Below are positions 39,666 to 49,558 of a stretch of 64,000 nucleotides of DNA, piece by piece. Positions within the stretch are counted from its first letter, which is position 1; every line of letters begins with the position of its first letter. The notes below the pieces were generated by a model. It did not search any database. It was not told the origin of the DNA and worked only from the letters and a program-made list of their open reading frames with translations. The stretch lies in NCBI GenBank assembly GCA_027622665.1, contig JAQBYT010000007.1, positions 1 through 64,000 on the forward strand, written 5' to 3'. A program made the translations under genes and the position numbers. The DNA is from Verrucomicrobiota bacterium. GTDB lineage: Bacteria > Verrucomicrobiota > Verrucomicrobiia > Opitutales > Seribacteraceae.

Positions 39666-39830
39666 GGAAGGAGGGAGTTTAAGATTTATTGTTTGTTCGA
39701 TGCATCCGTCAAAGCCGAATTTTCGGTTGTCCGATAAATTTCCTCATCACCAAGCTAGGTTCGAAATCGGAGGAGTCAAATGGATTTTGTTCGTTGCTCC
39801 TCCGTCCTTAACCCTTAAAAGAATTAAGAC

Positions 39831-40898
39831 ATGAGGTTTAGTAACCCTAAATTAATCGTCACTCTAATTGCATTTGCCTTTTCTTGTGTAGGAGACGCGA
39901 GGACGAGAGCCGATCTCGTGCCCGAAGACACTTTGTTGATCGATCTTGTTACGGGCAGGGTAGTGATCGAAATGTTTCCCGCCGTCGCTCCCGGGCACGT
40001 TGCCCGCATTCGAGAACTTGCTCGGTCAGGTCTTTACGACGGGGTTGCTTTTCATCGGGTGATCGATGGTTTTATGGCGCAGACGGGAGATGTGAAATAC
40101 GGAAACGTAAAAAGTAACTACAACCCATCCCTCGTCGGCACGGGAAACTCCGACTTAGCCGATCTGGCCGCCGAGTTCAATGAGCTCAAGCATTTTCGAG
40201 GAACGGCATCGATGGCGAGGTCTCAAGATCCCAACAGTGCGAACAGTCAGTTCTTCATTTGTTTTTCCGATGCCACTTTTCTTGACGGACAATACACCGT
40301 TTGGGGGCAGGTGGTGGAGGGGATGGAGCATGTGGATAAGATTGAGCGAGGAGTTACCGGCAGCGGTGCCGTGGGGAATCCCGATTCGATGGTCAAGGTG
40401 ACGGTCGCCTCGGATACTGTTTTACGGATCGACGATAATGCTTCGGCAGGTGGCGACGGTACTTCGTGGTCCAAGGCGTTTACCACTTTGTCCGACGCAT
40501 TGGACGCGGCGGGCACCGGATTTGAGCTTTGGGTTGCAGAAGGAGAGTACCGTTTGACGGGATCTCTCGAGTCGCGTTTGAAGAACGAAGTAAAGTCTTT
40601 CGGAGGTTTCAAAGGGACTGAGCTGATTCGAACTCCCCTAGGCGAAGCCAATGCCACCCGGTTGGTGGATGCCCTGCCCATCCAGCCGGTGGATAGTAAC
40701 GCCTCACCTCATACTTACGGATGGTACTTCCAACCTGAGTGGGGCTGGATCTGGACCAGTGAGAAGACCTTCCCTTACGTTTATTTGGCGGGGGGCAATG
40801 GTCAGGGAGCCGGTTGGTTGATGTTTCGCGAAGGTTCGGCTGCCCCCGTTTACTTTTATAGTTTTGCCGAGAAAAAATGGGTGACTCTAGGAGAATAG
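39831..40898 (+). CDS. Secreted cyclophilin-type peptidyl-prolyl isomerase with C-terminal extension and short Trp-rich tail
   Basis: FHRVIDGFMAQTGD, SMARSQDPNSANSQFFI, LDGQYTVWGQV; then GDGTSWSKAF...LWVAEGEY and WGWIWT. Confidence 0.9.
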   Translation: MRFSNPKLIVTLIAFAFSCVGDARTRADLVPEDTLLIDLVTGRVVIEMFPAVAPGHVARIRELARSGLYDGVAFHRVIDGFMAQTGDVKYGNVKSNYNPSLVGTGNSDLADLAAEFNELKHFRGTASMARSQDPNSANSQFFICFSDATFLDGQYTVWGQVVEGMEHVDKIERGVTGSGAVGNPDSMVKVTVASDTVLRIDDNASAGGDGTSWSKAFTTLSDALDAAGTGFELWVAEGEYRLTGSLESRLKNEVKSFGGFKGTELIRTPLGEANATRLVDALPIQPVDSNASPHTYGWYFQPEWGWIWTSEKTFPYVYLAGGNGQGAGWLMFREGSAAPVYFYSFAEKKWVTLGE

Positions 40899-41093
40899 AA
40901 AGCCGAGTTTAATCGAGCGAGTCGCAAGCTCCAGAGGTGTAGAGGATTCAGCGAGAATTATAGATATTCATACTTGGAAATCCTACGAATATCCAAGGTA
41001 TGCAGGTTGACATTCAGGATTTACGCGCCCATCTCTTGGAGTAATTGGCAGGTTTACTCTCGCCACCATTCTCAACTTCCAAACATACGAATT

Positions 41094-41930
41094 ATGACTC
41101 GAAACCTATCAAGACCTATTTTAGGGTTCCTTACTATTGCTTTGTTTTTGAGCTCTCTCGCGGGTGCCACCAAGGTTCTTTACGTTACGCACGAACCTGG
41201 CAGGTGGCACAAGTACACCGCGCAAAAGAAAATTTTCGCCCAAATTGCCGAAAAGGCCGGCTGGGAACTGACCGTCATGACGGGCGAGCACGAACCGCAG
41301 ATTGCCAAACTGCGCACCCCCGACTTCGGCAAGGGATACGACGCCATTGTCTACAACTTCTGTTTCGCAAAGAGCAGGGATATTGAAGCTCAGGCCAATT
41401 TAGTTGCTCAGACTAGAGAACACGGAGTCCCCGCCATGCTCATCCACTGCGCCATGCACAGCTGGTGGCCCACTTACAGGGACGGCAAGCCGGGAGCAAT
41501 CGGCCCCGCTTACAAAGGGAATGCAAAGGCCGATCCCGCTCTTGTCGCCGAATGGAAAAAAAAGCATGGCGACAAGCCGTTTCCCGCATGGGGCGACTTT
41601 ACAGGTGTGGCTAGCGGCCGTCACGGTCCTCACCAGCCCATCAAGATGATCAAGGTGGGCAACCATGCTGCGACCAAGAGCTTTCCCCAGGAGTTCACCA
41701 CCGGTAAAACCGAGCTCTATAACAACATTTACAAGTTAGATGCAGTGGTTCCTCTCATCGAGGGCGTCCAAGGAAAAACCAAGGCCACCGTTATGTGGCT
41801 CTGTCCTCAAGGGAAGTCTCAAGTCATGGGACTGACCGTAGGGCACGACATGGGCGATTGGGCCACCAACGAGTATCGGGGGCTGATCACCGATGGCGTA
41901 AACTATCTGGTTCAGCACCCGAAACCATAA
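41094..41930 (+). CDS. ThuA-like (class I glutamine-amidotransferase-fold) secreted protein
   Basis: Signal peptide; YDAIVYNFC, LIHCAMHS, TELYN, LTVGHD. Confidence 0.7.
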   Translation: MTRNLSRPILGFLTIALFLSSLAGATKVLYVTHEPGRWHKYTAQKKIFAQIAEKAGWELTVMTGEHEPQIAKLRTPDFGKGYDAIVYNFCFAKSRDIEAQANLVAQTREHGVPAMLIHCAMHSWWPTYRDGKPGAIGPAYKGNAKADPALVAEWKKKHGDKPFPAWGDFTGVASGRHGPHQPIKMIKVGNHAATKSFPQEFTTGKTELYNNIYKLDAVVPLIEGVQGKTKATVMWLCPQGKSQVMGLTVGHDMGDWATNEYRGLITDGVNYLVQHPKP

Positions 41931-42020
41931 CTGGGTTGCGTCCTCTTGGACAACCCCTCCGCTGTTCTTCGGGGTTTACTCCAGCTTTTCTACTTATTCT
42001 AAACTCCTGCAATCATCCTC

Positions 42021-43325
42021 ATGAAAGATAACGAAACGCAGAAAACGAATCGTCTTCATTCATCAAGGCTTCAAGTACGGCCGTGGCCGCCAGTGGACTT
42101 GCCTTTCCCAGTGTGACTTTCGGCAAGCCGGATAGCCGTAAACTGAAGATCGGGTACATCGGGTGCGGTGGGCGTGGCACGGGAGCCGCCACGCAGGCGA
42201 TGAATGCCGACAGCAACGTCGAGCTATGGGCGATGGGCGATGTTTCACAGTCTCGTCTGGATAGCAGCTTTAAATCAGTCAAGGGCAGTCATGGCGACAA
42301 GGTGAACGTCGACCCAAAACGTCAATTCGTTGGTCTCGACGCCTAGAGCAAAGTGCTCGATAGCGGAATCGACTTGGCAATATTGACCACCCCGCCCGGC
42401 TTTCGCCCTCAGCATTTCAAGGCGGCAGTGAATGCGGGAATGCACGTCTTTCTCGAGAAGCCCATGGCGACCGATGCCCCCGGTTTGCGTTCGGTCATGG
42501 AATCCGCCGAGCTTGCAAAGAAAAAGGGGCTATCGGTGGTAGCCGGCTTTTGCTGGCGTTACCATGAGGCTCGCCGGGAGTTCTACAAACGTATTCATGC
42601 CGGAGAGATCGGCGACTTGCTTTCCGTTTACGGCACCTACTATACGGGGCCCGTCAAGCCTATGCCCGAGGACTCTTCTCGAAAGGAAGATTGGAGCGAC
42701 ATCGAATGGCAGGTGCGCAACTGGTATAACTTCGCTTGGTGTGGTGGCGATGGATTGATCGAGCAGGCCGTGCACAGTGTAGACAAATTAGGCTGGGCTA
42801 TGAAGGACAAGCCACCTGTCAGTTGTGTAGCCGTGGGCGGTCGGCAGATTCCCAACAATTCAGGAAATATATTCGATCACTTCGAGATCAATTATCTCAA
42901 CGACGAAGGTGTTCGGAGTTATCTAGGTTGTCGCCAGCAACGAGGTTGCCACAACGAGAACAACGACTACCAGCTCGGAACCGAGGGTAGGGCAGAGATC
43001 GCAGGTGGACGTTGTGTCATTCACCATCAGAAGGGTCGCTGGGATTACCGGGGACCTCAGCCGAACATGTATCAAGTGGAGCACGACGAGATGTACCTCG
43101 CGATTCGCAGAGGTGAGCCGATCAATGACGGCCAGCGCATGTGCACCAGTACCCATGATGGCTCTCATGGGAAGAATGGCTGCTTATACCGGCCGTCAGG
43201 TTAGTTGGGATATGGCCATGAATTCCCAAGAGGATCGTTTCCCAAAGGATTTGAACTGGAATACGGGCAAGCACGAGGTTCCGCCTCTGGCTACCCCTGG
43301 AATCAGTCAAACTAAGTGGGGCTGA
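42021..43325 (+). pseudogene. Tat-exported Gfo/Idh/MocA oxidoreductase with three lesions
   Basis: GYIGCGGRGTGA, TTPPGFRP, HVFLEKP, EQAVHSVD. 1-bp deletion at ~42054, in-frame TAG at 42344-42346, 1-bp insertion at ~43152-43154. Confidence 0.85.
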
Positions 43326-43465
43326 GCCCTCGAACTGCTTTTCAGGCTACGCTCTAGGTCGCCGCGGAGTGACCCGAATGAGCCTGAATTGTAATTTTAG
43401 GCAAAAGGCTAAATACTCTTTTACCCACTTGCCAATTGTGGGTTTGAGAGTTATATAAGGATGGC

Positions 43466-45307
43466 ATGTCAGATAGCTCCATCACCTCGGATCGCATCCG
43501 AAATATTGCCATCATAGCGCATGTCGATCACGGCAAGACTACTCTCGTCGACCAAATGCTGAAGCATTCCGGAGCCTTCCGGGAAAATCAGGTATTGGAG
43601 GATCGAGCCATGGATTCGATGGACCAGGAGCGTGAGCGAGGCATTACCATCAAGGCAAAAAATACATCGGTGAGGTGGAAGGACCACCTCGTTAACATCG
43701 TAGATACTCCTGGTCATGCCGATTTCGGAGGAGAGGTGGAGCGTGTTATGAAGATGGTCGATGGCGTCATGCTAGTGGTCGACGCCTATGAAGGTCCGCA
43801 GGCTCAAACTCGATTTGTTTTGAAAAAAGCCTTGGCCGCTGGCCTTACCCCGATCGTCTTCGTAAACAAGATCGATCGACCCAACGCTCAACCGATCGAA
43901 GTACAGGATAAAGTTCTCGAGCTCTTTCTCGATCTTGATGCCAGCGATGAGCAATTTAATGCACCTTTTCTCTACGGCAGCGCCAGGGACGGTTTTACAG
44001 TCAAGCACCCGGATGATTCTCCCGAAGGTATGACGCTTCTTTTCGAGACCATTCTATCCACTATTCCCGCCCCCGCGATCGAAGAGGGTGGGGCATTCAA
44101 GATGCTTGTGTCGAATATCGATTGGTCCGACTACGTGGGCCGTATCGCAATTGGTAAGATCCTCTCCGGATCAGCTGTTATTGGTGATGCCGTTTGGCGT
44201 TTGCACTCTGACAGGGCTCCTCAGCGAGGAAAGATTTCAAAAGTATTCGAATACACTGCCCTTTCCTCTCAGGAAACATCCGAAGGCGTTGCGGGGAACA
44301 TCGTAGGAATTTCCGGTTTCGAAGACGTCGACATCGGTGAAACGATTGGAGGGAACGAGGAGATTGAACCCATACCTTTCGTCGAGATCGATCCTCCCAC
44401 GGTGATGATGTCCTTTTCGGTGAACGATGGTCCCTTCGCCGGATTGGAGGGTGCTCGCGTCACCTCACGTGAAATTCGCGAACGTTTAGTACGCGAAGCT
44501 CGCACAAACATTTCCATTAAGTTGGAAGACACCGACAATGCCGTAGAGTTCAAGGTCAGCGCGCGTGGGGCTATGCAGGTCGCGGTCGTTGTTGAAGAGA
44601 TGCGCAGGGAAGGTTTCGAGCTACTGGTCTCTCGTCCCACCGTCATCAAGAAGCAGATCAACGGCAAATGGCACGAACCTTTTGAAACCGTCTACTTGGA
44701 AGTCCCCGACGAAGCCGTCGGGGGATGCATGCAGGCACTGGCCAACCGTAAGGGGTTGGTTGAGAACATGTCTTCCAAGAATGACCGCACATCTCTTGAG
44801 GCGACGATTCCCACCCGCGGCTTGATTGGTTTCGAATTTGAACTGCTCAACCTCACCAGTGGAGAGGGAATCATGTCCCACTTGTTCAAGGAGTATCGCC
44901 CCGACAGCGGTGACATCCGTACTCGTCGCACAGGCACTTTGGTTTCCTTGGAGAAAGGCGAGTGCATGACGTACTCTTTGCACAACATGGAAACTCGCGG
45001 CAAACTTTTCATAGGCCCCGGCGACCAGGTGTACCCCGGCATGGTAGTGGGAGAAAATCCTCGCACCGAAGATCTTCCCGTCAATCCGACCAAAGCCAAG
45101 CACGTTACCAACCATCGGGCTGCAGGCAGCGACAACACCGTTACCCTTACGCCTCCCATCCGATTTTCCTTGGAACGCGCCATCGAGTACATCGCCCCCG
45201 ACGAACTGGTGGAAGTCACTCCCAAAAGTATTCGTCTTCGCAAACACCTTCTCGACTTCAACGAACGGAAAAGAGCCACCAAGCGAGCCGCTCTTGCGAC
45301 TGTTTGA
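43466..45307 (+). CDS. typA: Translational GTPase TypA/BipA
   Basis: [59 protein letters not shown]. Confidence 0.98.
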   Translation: MSDSSITSDRIRNIAIIAHVDHGKTTLVDQMLKHSGAFRENQVLEDRAMDSMDQERERGITIKAKNTSVRWKDHLVNIVDTPGHADFGGEVERVMKMVDGVMLVVDAYEGPQAQTRFVLKKALAAGLTPIVFVNKIDRPNAQPIEVQDKVLELFLDLDASDEQFNAPFLYGSARDGFTVKHPDDSPEGMTLLFETILSTIPAPAIEEGGAFKMLVSNIDWSDYVGRIAIGKILSGSAVIGDAVWRLHSDRAPQRGKISKVFEYTALSSQETSEGVAGNIVGISGFEDVDIGETIGGNEEIEPIPFVEIDPPTVMMSFSVNDGPFAGLEGARVTSREIRERLVREARTNISIKLEDTDNAVEFKVSARGAMQVAVVVEEMRREGFELLVSRPTVIKKQINGKWHEPFETVYLEVPDEAVGGCMQALANRKGLVENMSSKNDRTSLEATIPTRGLIGFEFELLNLTSGEGIMSHLFKEYRPDSGDIRTRRTGTLVSLEKGECMTYSLHNMETRGKLFIGPGDQVYPGMVVGENPRTEDLPVNPTKAKHVTNHRAAGSDNTVTLTPPIRFSLERAIEYIAPDELVEVTPKSIRLRKHLLDFNERKRATKRAALATV

Positions 45308-45462
45308 CTTGATGAACTGACTTCGTCTGTCAAGGGACCTCAAGTCCCACTCGACAGCCGTAAAGATATCTTCATTCTACCACCCTTCTCCTTTATCGAA
45401 TTCGCAGCCATATCGAATTTCCTATTTGTATTCTCCGTCTTTCGATATTTGATTTGGACAAA

Positions 45463-45502
45463 CCGAGCCCGTGAATGTTCATCTTCAGCGGGCACGGCTT
45501 TT
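45463..45502 (+). terminator. Possible intrinsic terminator or attenuator hairpin
   Basis: CCGAGCCCGTGAA / TTCAGCGGGCACGG imperfect stem followed by CTTTT. Confidence 0.3.
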
Positions 45503-45538
45503 AGTCAGTAGTAATAATTCAAATTAGGAGGATCGAAT

Positions 45539-45889
45539 ATGGCTTGGTATGCATTGAAGACATTATTGACTGCAGGGATCGTCGTACTGGTTTCGGAAGT
45601 GGCTAAGCAAAAGGCGATCTTGGGCAGCTTGATTGCATCGTTACCCTTGGTTTCCGTTCTTGGAATGCTTTGGCTTTATGGTGAAACACAGGATTCGGAA
45701 AGGTTGATCAAGCATTCAGAGGGCACTTTCTGGTATGTTATTCCGTCCTTGCCGATGTTTCTGTTCCTTCCGTGGCTAATGCGGAAGGGAGTAGGGTTTT
45801 ACGGAGCCCTTGGGGCCGGTTTGGTTCTGACGCTGGCCCTTTATCTTTTGACGGCCAAGCTCATGTCCAAGTTCGGGATGAACCTGTGA
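45539..45889 (+). CDS. Small membrane protein (DUF3147-like)
   Basis: Strong SD (TAGGAGG); 'VSEVAK...GSLIASLPLVSVL...FWYVIPSLPMF'. Confidence 0.75.
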   Translation: MAWYALKTLLTAGIVVLVSEVAKQKAILGSLIASLPLVSVLGMLWLYGETQDSERLIKHSEGTFWYVIPSLPMFLFLPWLMRKGVGFYGALGAGLVLTLALYLLTAKLMSKFGMNL

Positions 45890-46243
45890 TCAATCATCGA
45901 ACCATTCGTCTTCTTCGTCGAAGGCGGGTACAGGAACGTTTATGATCTTCAGCTTGCCCACTGCTCGGTGTCGGCATCCCGGCTTTATGAGGACAGCCGA
46001 TCCGGGGCTTACGGGAACGGACTCGCCGTCTAGCTCGAAGTTTCCTTCGCCCTCCAGCACATAGTATATTTCAGTCATTTTCTTGTGGTAGTGAACGCGA
46101 CTATTCTGGGAAATCTCCACGACGTGCATAGAGGCTACGGAATTATCGGGTGCGACGAATGCTCGTTTGGAAGTGCCGCAAGGGCAGGGCGTACCTTTGA
46201 TCGAAGCGAAGTCGGCAAGCTGGTAATTCTTTTCTTTGCTCAT
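45890..46243 (-). CDS. Cupin-domain protein
   Basis: HYHKKMTEIYYVLEGEG, IKPGCRHRA; CPCG. Confidence 0.88.
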   Translation of the reverse strand: MSKEKNYQLADFASIKGTPCPCGTSKRAFVAPDNSVASMHVVEISQNSRVHYHKKMTEIYYVLEGEGNFELDGESVPVSPGSAVLIKPGCRHRAVGKLKIINVPVPAFDEEDEWFDD

Positions 46244-46333
46244 GAATGGTATTTCTTCTCTTAGCTCCTTCTCGGCGAGACTTTTATTGCTTTTGACTTC
46301 AGGTCTTCGCGTGAAGAGGCTAGTCTTGCCTTT

Positions 46334-46735
46334 ATGAAATATTTGTTCTTTGCGGCTGGATTATTGGGAGCTTCGGGTGTGCTTTTGGGAGCTCTTGCCG
46401 CTCATGGGTTGCGTGAGGTGTTCGAGGTCGACCCCAGAAAGGGAGAAGCTTTTGGGACTGCCGTGGATTATCACTTGCTGCATGCGGTGGGACTGTTAGC
46501 GCTTTCCGTTGCCGTCGGAAGTAAAAACGAAGTTTTTGCCAGACGGAGCAGAAAGGCGGGGTGGATCATGGTGATCGGAACCTGCCTGTTTTGCGGTACT
46601 ATCTACGCATGGGCTTTGGGCGGACCGAAGTGGTTGGTGCATGTTACGCCTTTGGGTGGAGTAACCTTGGTGGTATCATGGATAATGGTGGCTTGGGCGG
46701 GACTCGCATTGACTAGGGGAGGGAACTCTGTTTAA
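46334..46735 (+). CDS. DUF423 (YgdD/TMEM256) family membrane protein
   Basis: LGALAAHGL, TAVDYHLLH, LFCGTIY, VTPLGG. Confidence 0.85.
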   Translation: MKYLFFAAGLLGASGVLLGALAAHGLREVFEVDPRKGEAFGTAVDYHLLHAVGLLALSVAVGSKNEVFARRSRKAGWIMVIGTCLFCGTIYAWALGGPKWLVHVTPLGGVTLVVSWIMVAWAGLALTRGGNSV

Positions 46736-46743
46736 ATCATCTT

Positions 46744-48063
46744 ATGTCTAACAAAATTCTGATTACCTCGATATGGGCAGCCAGCGTGGCTCTCGCCTAT
46801 TGGCTAGGACTTGAAGGTGGAAGCGAGTTCCCTGCCTCCAATGAGAAGTCGAAGGGTGGCGGAGAGATTGCCAGTGGGCCTCTTTCAACTGTGAAAAACA
46901 CACCCAAGTCGCCCTCTCCGACAGGCTTGAATGCTAGTACGATTGGCTCTCGACAGGAAGAAGTCTCCAAGGCACTGGCTTCAAGCCTTGTGACGGTCGA
47001 CGAACGCCTTGAGGTCGAGTCGAAGCAAAAGTCTTTGCTCAAGCGTCTCCGGTCTGGCAATCCCGTGGAGCGCCTAGCTGCATTCACCGAGGTTCTCAAC
47101 GATCCGACATCGGCCAATCTGTCGTCTGCAATAGACGCCTATAAAGCTTTGCCTGAAGGTCATACTCGTTTCAGTGAACTGCGCTTGCTCACTTATGCGT
47201 GGTCTCAAGTGGATCCTGCCGGAGCCTTGGAGTGGGTCGGGCAGTTGGAGCGTTTTGAAAAGCATATTGGTTCCAGTTCGGTTCTTGATGCTTGGTCCCG
47301 AAATGATCCCAATGCGGCCATCGAATGGGCGAAGAGCAATTACGAAGGAGACGACAACCCTTACTTTCCCGGTATTATTAGTGGAATGGCTGAAAAGGAT
47401 TTTGCCGGAGCAACTCAATTGATGGAGTCCATGCCCTATGGTCGAAATCGCGGAAGAGCCGCATCCATGATGTTGGAAAAAGTCTGGAACAAGGGAGAAG
47501 ATGCGGCCGTCAACTGGGCGAACGAACTGGAATCCGATAGCTTGAAGGAGTTTGCCGTCGGACGATTGGCCGAAAAGATTGCTCGCGAGGATCTGGATCG
47601 CGCCGCGGGTTGGGCAGGCCGGATGGAGGAGGGCGAAATAAAGCGTCGTGCAGTGGAGTCCGTCGCTGATCATTGGGCGGAAAAAGATCCTGTGGCTGCA
47701 GCTGAGTGGGTGGACGGATTACCTAAAGGTGCCAGTCGTTCGGAAGGGATGCAGGAAGTTGTTCGCGAATGGGCTCGCAAGGACCCCGCCGCTACCGCCG
47801 AGTGGTTGAACAAGTACCCGGCCGGTGTTGAGATGGATAAGCCAGTGGAGGCCTTTGTACGATCCGTGGCTCAGAAAGATCCTCAGAATGCCCTTACCTG
47901 GGCGGAGTCCATTTCGGATGAAAAAAGGCGCGAGGAGGTGGTCAAAGACGTGAATCGCGTGATTGAACGCCAGCAGGCTGCTGCTGCCGCAGGAGAAGCA
48001 CCTCGCTCCGACAACCGTGGGCGTGGCGGACGTGGCGGGCCTTCTTTCGGTTCTCCTCGCTGA
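46744..48063 (+). CDS. Membrane-anchored helical-repeat protein
   Basis: Repeated W...DP.AA.EW units; N-terminal hydrophobic segment. Confidence 0.75.
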   Translation: MSNKILITSIWAASVALAYWLGLEGGSEFPASNEKSKGGGEIASGPLSTVKNTPKSPSPTGLNASTIGSRQEEVSKALASSLVTVDERLEVESKQKSLLKRLRSGNPVERLAAFTEVLNDPTSANLSSAIDAYKALPEGHTRFSELRLLTYAWSQVDPAGALEWVGQLERFEKHIGSSSVLDAWSRNDPNAAIEWAKSNYEGDDNPYFPGIISGMAEKDFAGATQLMESMPYGRNRGRAASMMLEKVWNKGEDAAVNWANELESDSLKEFAVGRLAEKIAREDLDRAAGWAGRMEEGEIKRRAVESVADHWAEKDPVAAAEWVDGLPKGASRSEGMQEVVREWARKDPAATAEWLNKYPAGVEMDKPVEAFVRSVAQKDPQNALTWAESISDEKRREEVVKDVNRVIERQQAAAAAGEAPRSDNRGRGGRGGPSFGSPR

Positions 48064-48177
48064 GTAATCCCTTCGGACGAAGCCCGTTCTGGTTTCGGCG
48101 TTGCAAATACGCCTGATACCGGCATTTCACATCCTTCACGTTCGTAGGCGAAAACCTGTTTTGAAATTGTCGCATAG

Positions 48178-48651
48178 ATGAAGTTCGAATTTACGCAGAA
48201 AGAGTACCGCACCCTGGTGGATATCCTCACGTTGTCGGGTATGATTTTAGATGCATATGGCCGGGGTGAAGATAGCTCCAGAAAAGGCTGCTTCGAGCTG
48301 GAGCAAAAGATTTACTCATATTTCGAGGACGTGGGATCTCGGGATTTGATTATGCGTGACCCGTCGACCGGTCAGTACGTTCGGAAATGGTCTAGTGATC
48401 GCAGTGAAACCATAGTGAAGATCCTCGACGAATACGTGGATGCTTCCTTTTGGGAAGAACTTATTGTTCGCATGGCGGAAAGAGATATGTTGGCCGACCT
48501 TGAACTCCAGGGCAAAGATCAATCCAAACTGACACTTGAAGAGCGTGAAACCTTGCTGCGGAAATACGGGGATCGTTACGATAGGGAGTTCCGGTCCAAT
48601 GGGCTGAAAAGCATAATTTCACGAAGCGAGTCTTCGGAAGGCACCAATTAA
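48178..48651 (+). CDS. Hypothetical protein
   Basis: 157-aa ORF in a co-oriented run; 'EYVDASFWEELIVRMAERD'. Confidence 0.7.
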   Translation: MKFEFTQKEYRTLVDILTLSGMILDAYGRGEDSSRKGCFELEQKIYSYFEDVGSRDLIMRDPSTGQYVRKWSSDRSETIVKILDEYVDASFWEELIVRMAERDMLADLELQGKDQSKLTLEERETLLRKYGDRYDREFRSNGLKSIISRSESSEGTN

Positions 48652-48665
48652 TCAACCTTCCTCTA

Positions 48666-49457
48666 ATGAATGCTTCGAACAAGGTTCTGCTCGGTGCTAG
48701 CGGTCTTTCGGTGGAGCGAGACAGTTTGATCCTCCGCGACGTCGATTGGACGGTTCGGAAAGGAGAACACTGGGTTATCCTGGGCGCGAATGGATCCGGC
48801 AAGAGCACACTACTGAATGTCTTCAACGCTTTCATGGCTCCAACAACGGGCCGGCTTTTCGCCTTTGGCCGCGAGTACGGCGAGGACGACTGGAACGAGG
48901 TCAAGACGGGCATCGGATACGTAGGAAGTGAAATCAACCGCATGATCGAGCACGGGGAGTCAGCTCTCGACGTCATCGTCAGCGGAGCTCGGGCAATGAT
49001 CAATTTCTGGGGAGAAGTCGACCCCAAGGAGCAACGAGCGGCCTCTCACATTCTTCGCCAAATCGGTTGCGGTCATCTTCGTGAACGGCACTGGCAACAG
49101 TTTTCTCAAGGCGAACGCCAAAAACTTCTTTTCGGTCGCGCTCTCATGGCCAAGCCAAAGGCGCTCTTTCTCGATGAACCTTGCGCCGGACTCGATCCGG
49201 TCGCTCGCGCAAGCTACCTTGCCTTCATGGAAACTAACATGGCAAAGCCTAAAGGCCCTGCTCTTATTCTCGTGACCCATCACATCGAGGAGATCACTCC
49301 TGGCTTCACTCACGCCTTGCTCTTGCGCGAAGGGTCTGTCGTGGCTTCCGGTCCGAAAGGAGAAATCCTCACTTCCGCCAACCTTTCCGCAACCTTCGAC
49401 ACCTCTGTTCGTTTGCGCCGAAAGAACGATCGCTATTCGATGACTCTCGCAAAGTAG
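48666..49457 (+). CDS. ABC transporter ATP-binding protein (ModF/YlmA-like), no adjacent permease
   Basis: GANGSGKST, FSQGERQK, LFLDEP, LVTHH. Confidence 0.9.
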   Translation: MNASNKVLLGASGLSVERDSLILRDVDWTVRKGEHWVILGANGSGKSTLLNVFNAFMAPTTGRLFAFGREYGEDDWNEVKTGIGYVGSEINRMIEHGESALDVIVSGARAMINFWGEVDPKEQRAASHILRQIGCGHLRERHWQQFSQGERQKLLFGRALMAKPKALFLDEPCAGLDPVARASYLAFMETNMAKPKGPALILVTHHIEEITPGFTHALLLREGSVVASGPKGEILTSANLSATFDTSVRLRRKNDRYSMTLAK

Positions 49458-49558
49458 CGCTTTTTTGAAAGGTGATTCATCTAGTGTAGAGTCATGATTA
49501 TGATACCTGTTTTCTTTTCCATTGGACTCATTTTCTAGTATTCTTAGGATATTTCATC

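Noticed and set aside
42344..42346. In-frame TAG as stop-codon recoding (pyrrolysine or alternative code)
   Set aside because: TAG terminates many genes in the window and the same gene has two frameshifts.
43429..43457. TTGCCA-N17-TATATA promoter for typA
   Set aside because: Imperfect -10; cannot be supported from sequence alone.
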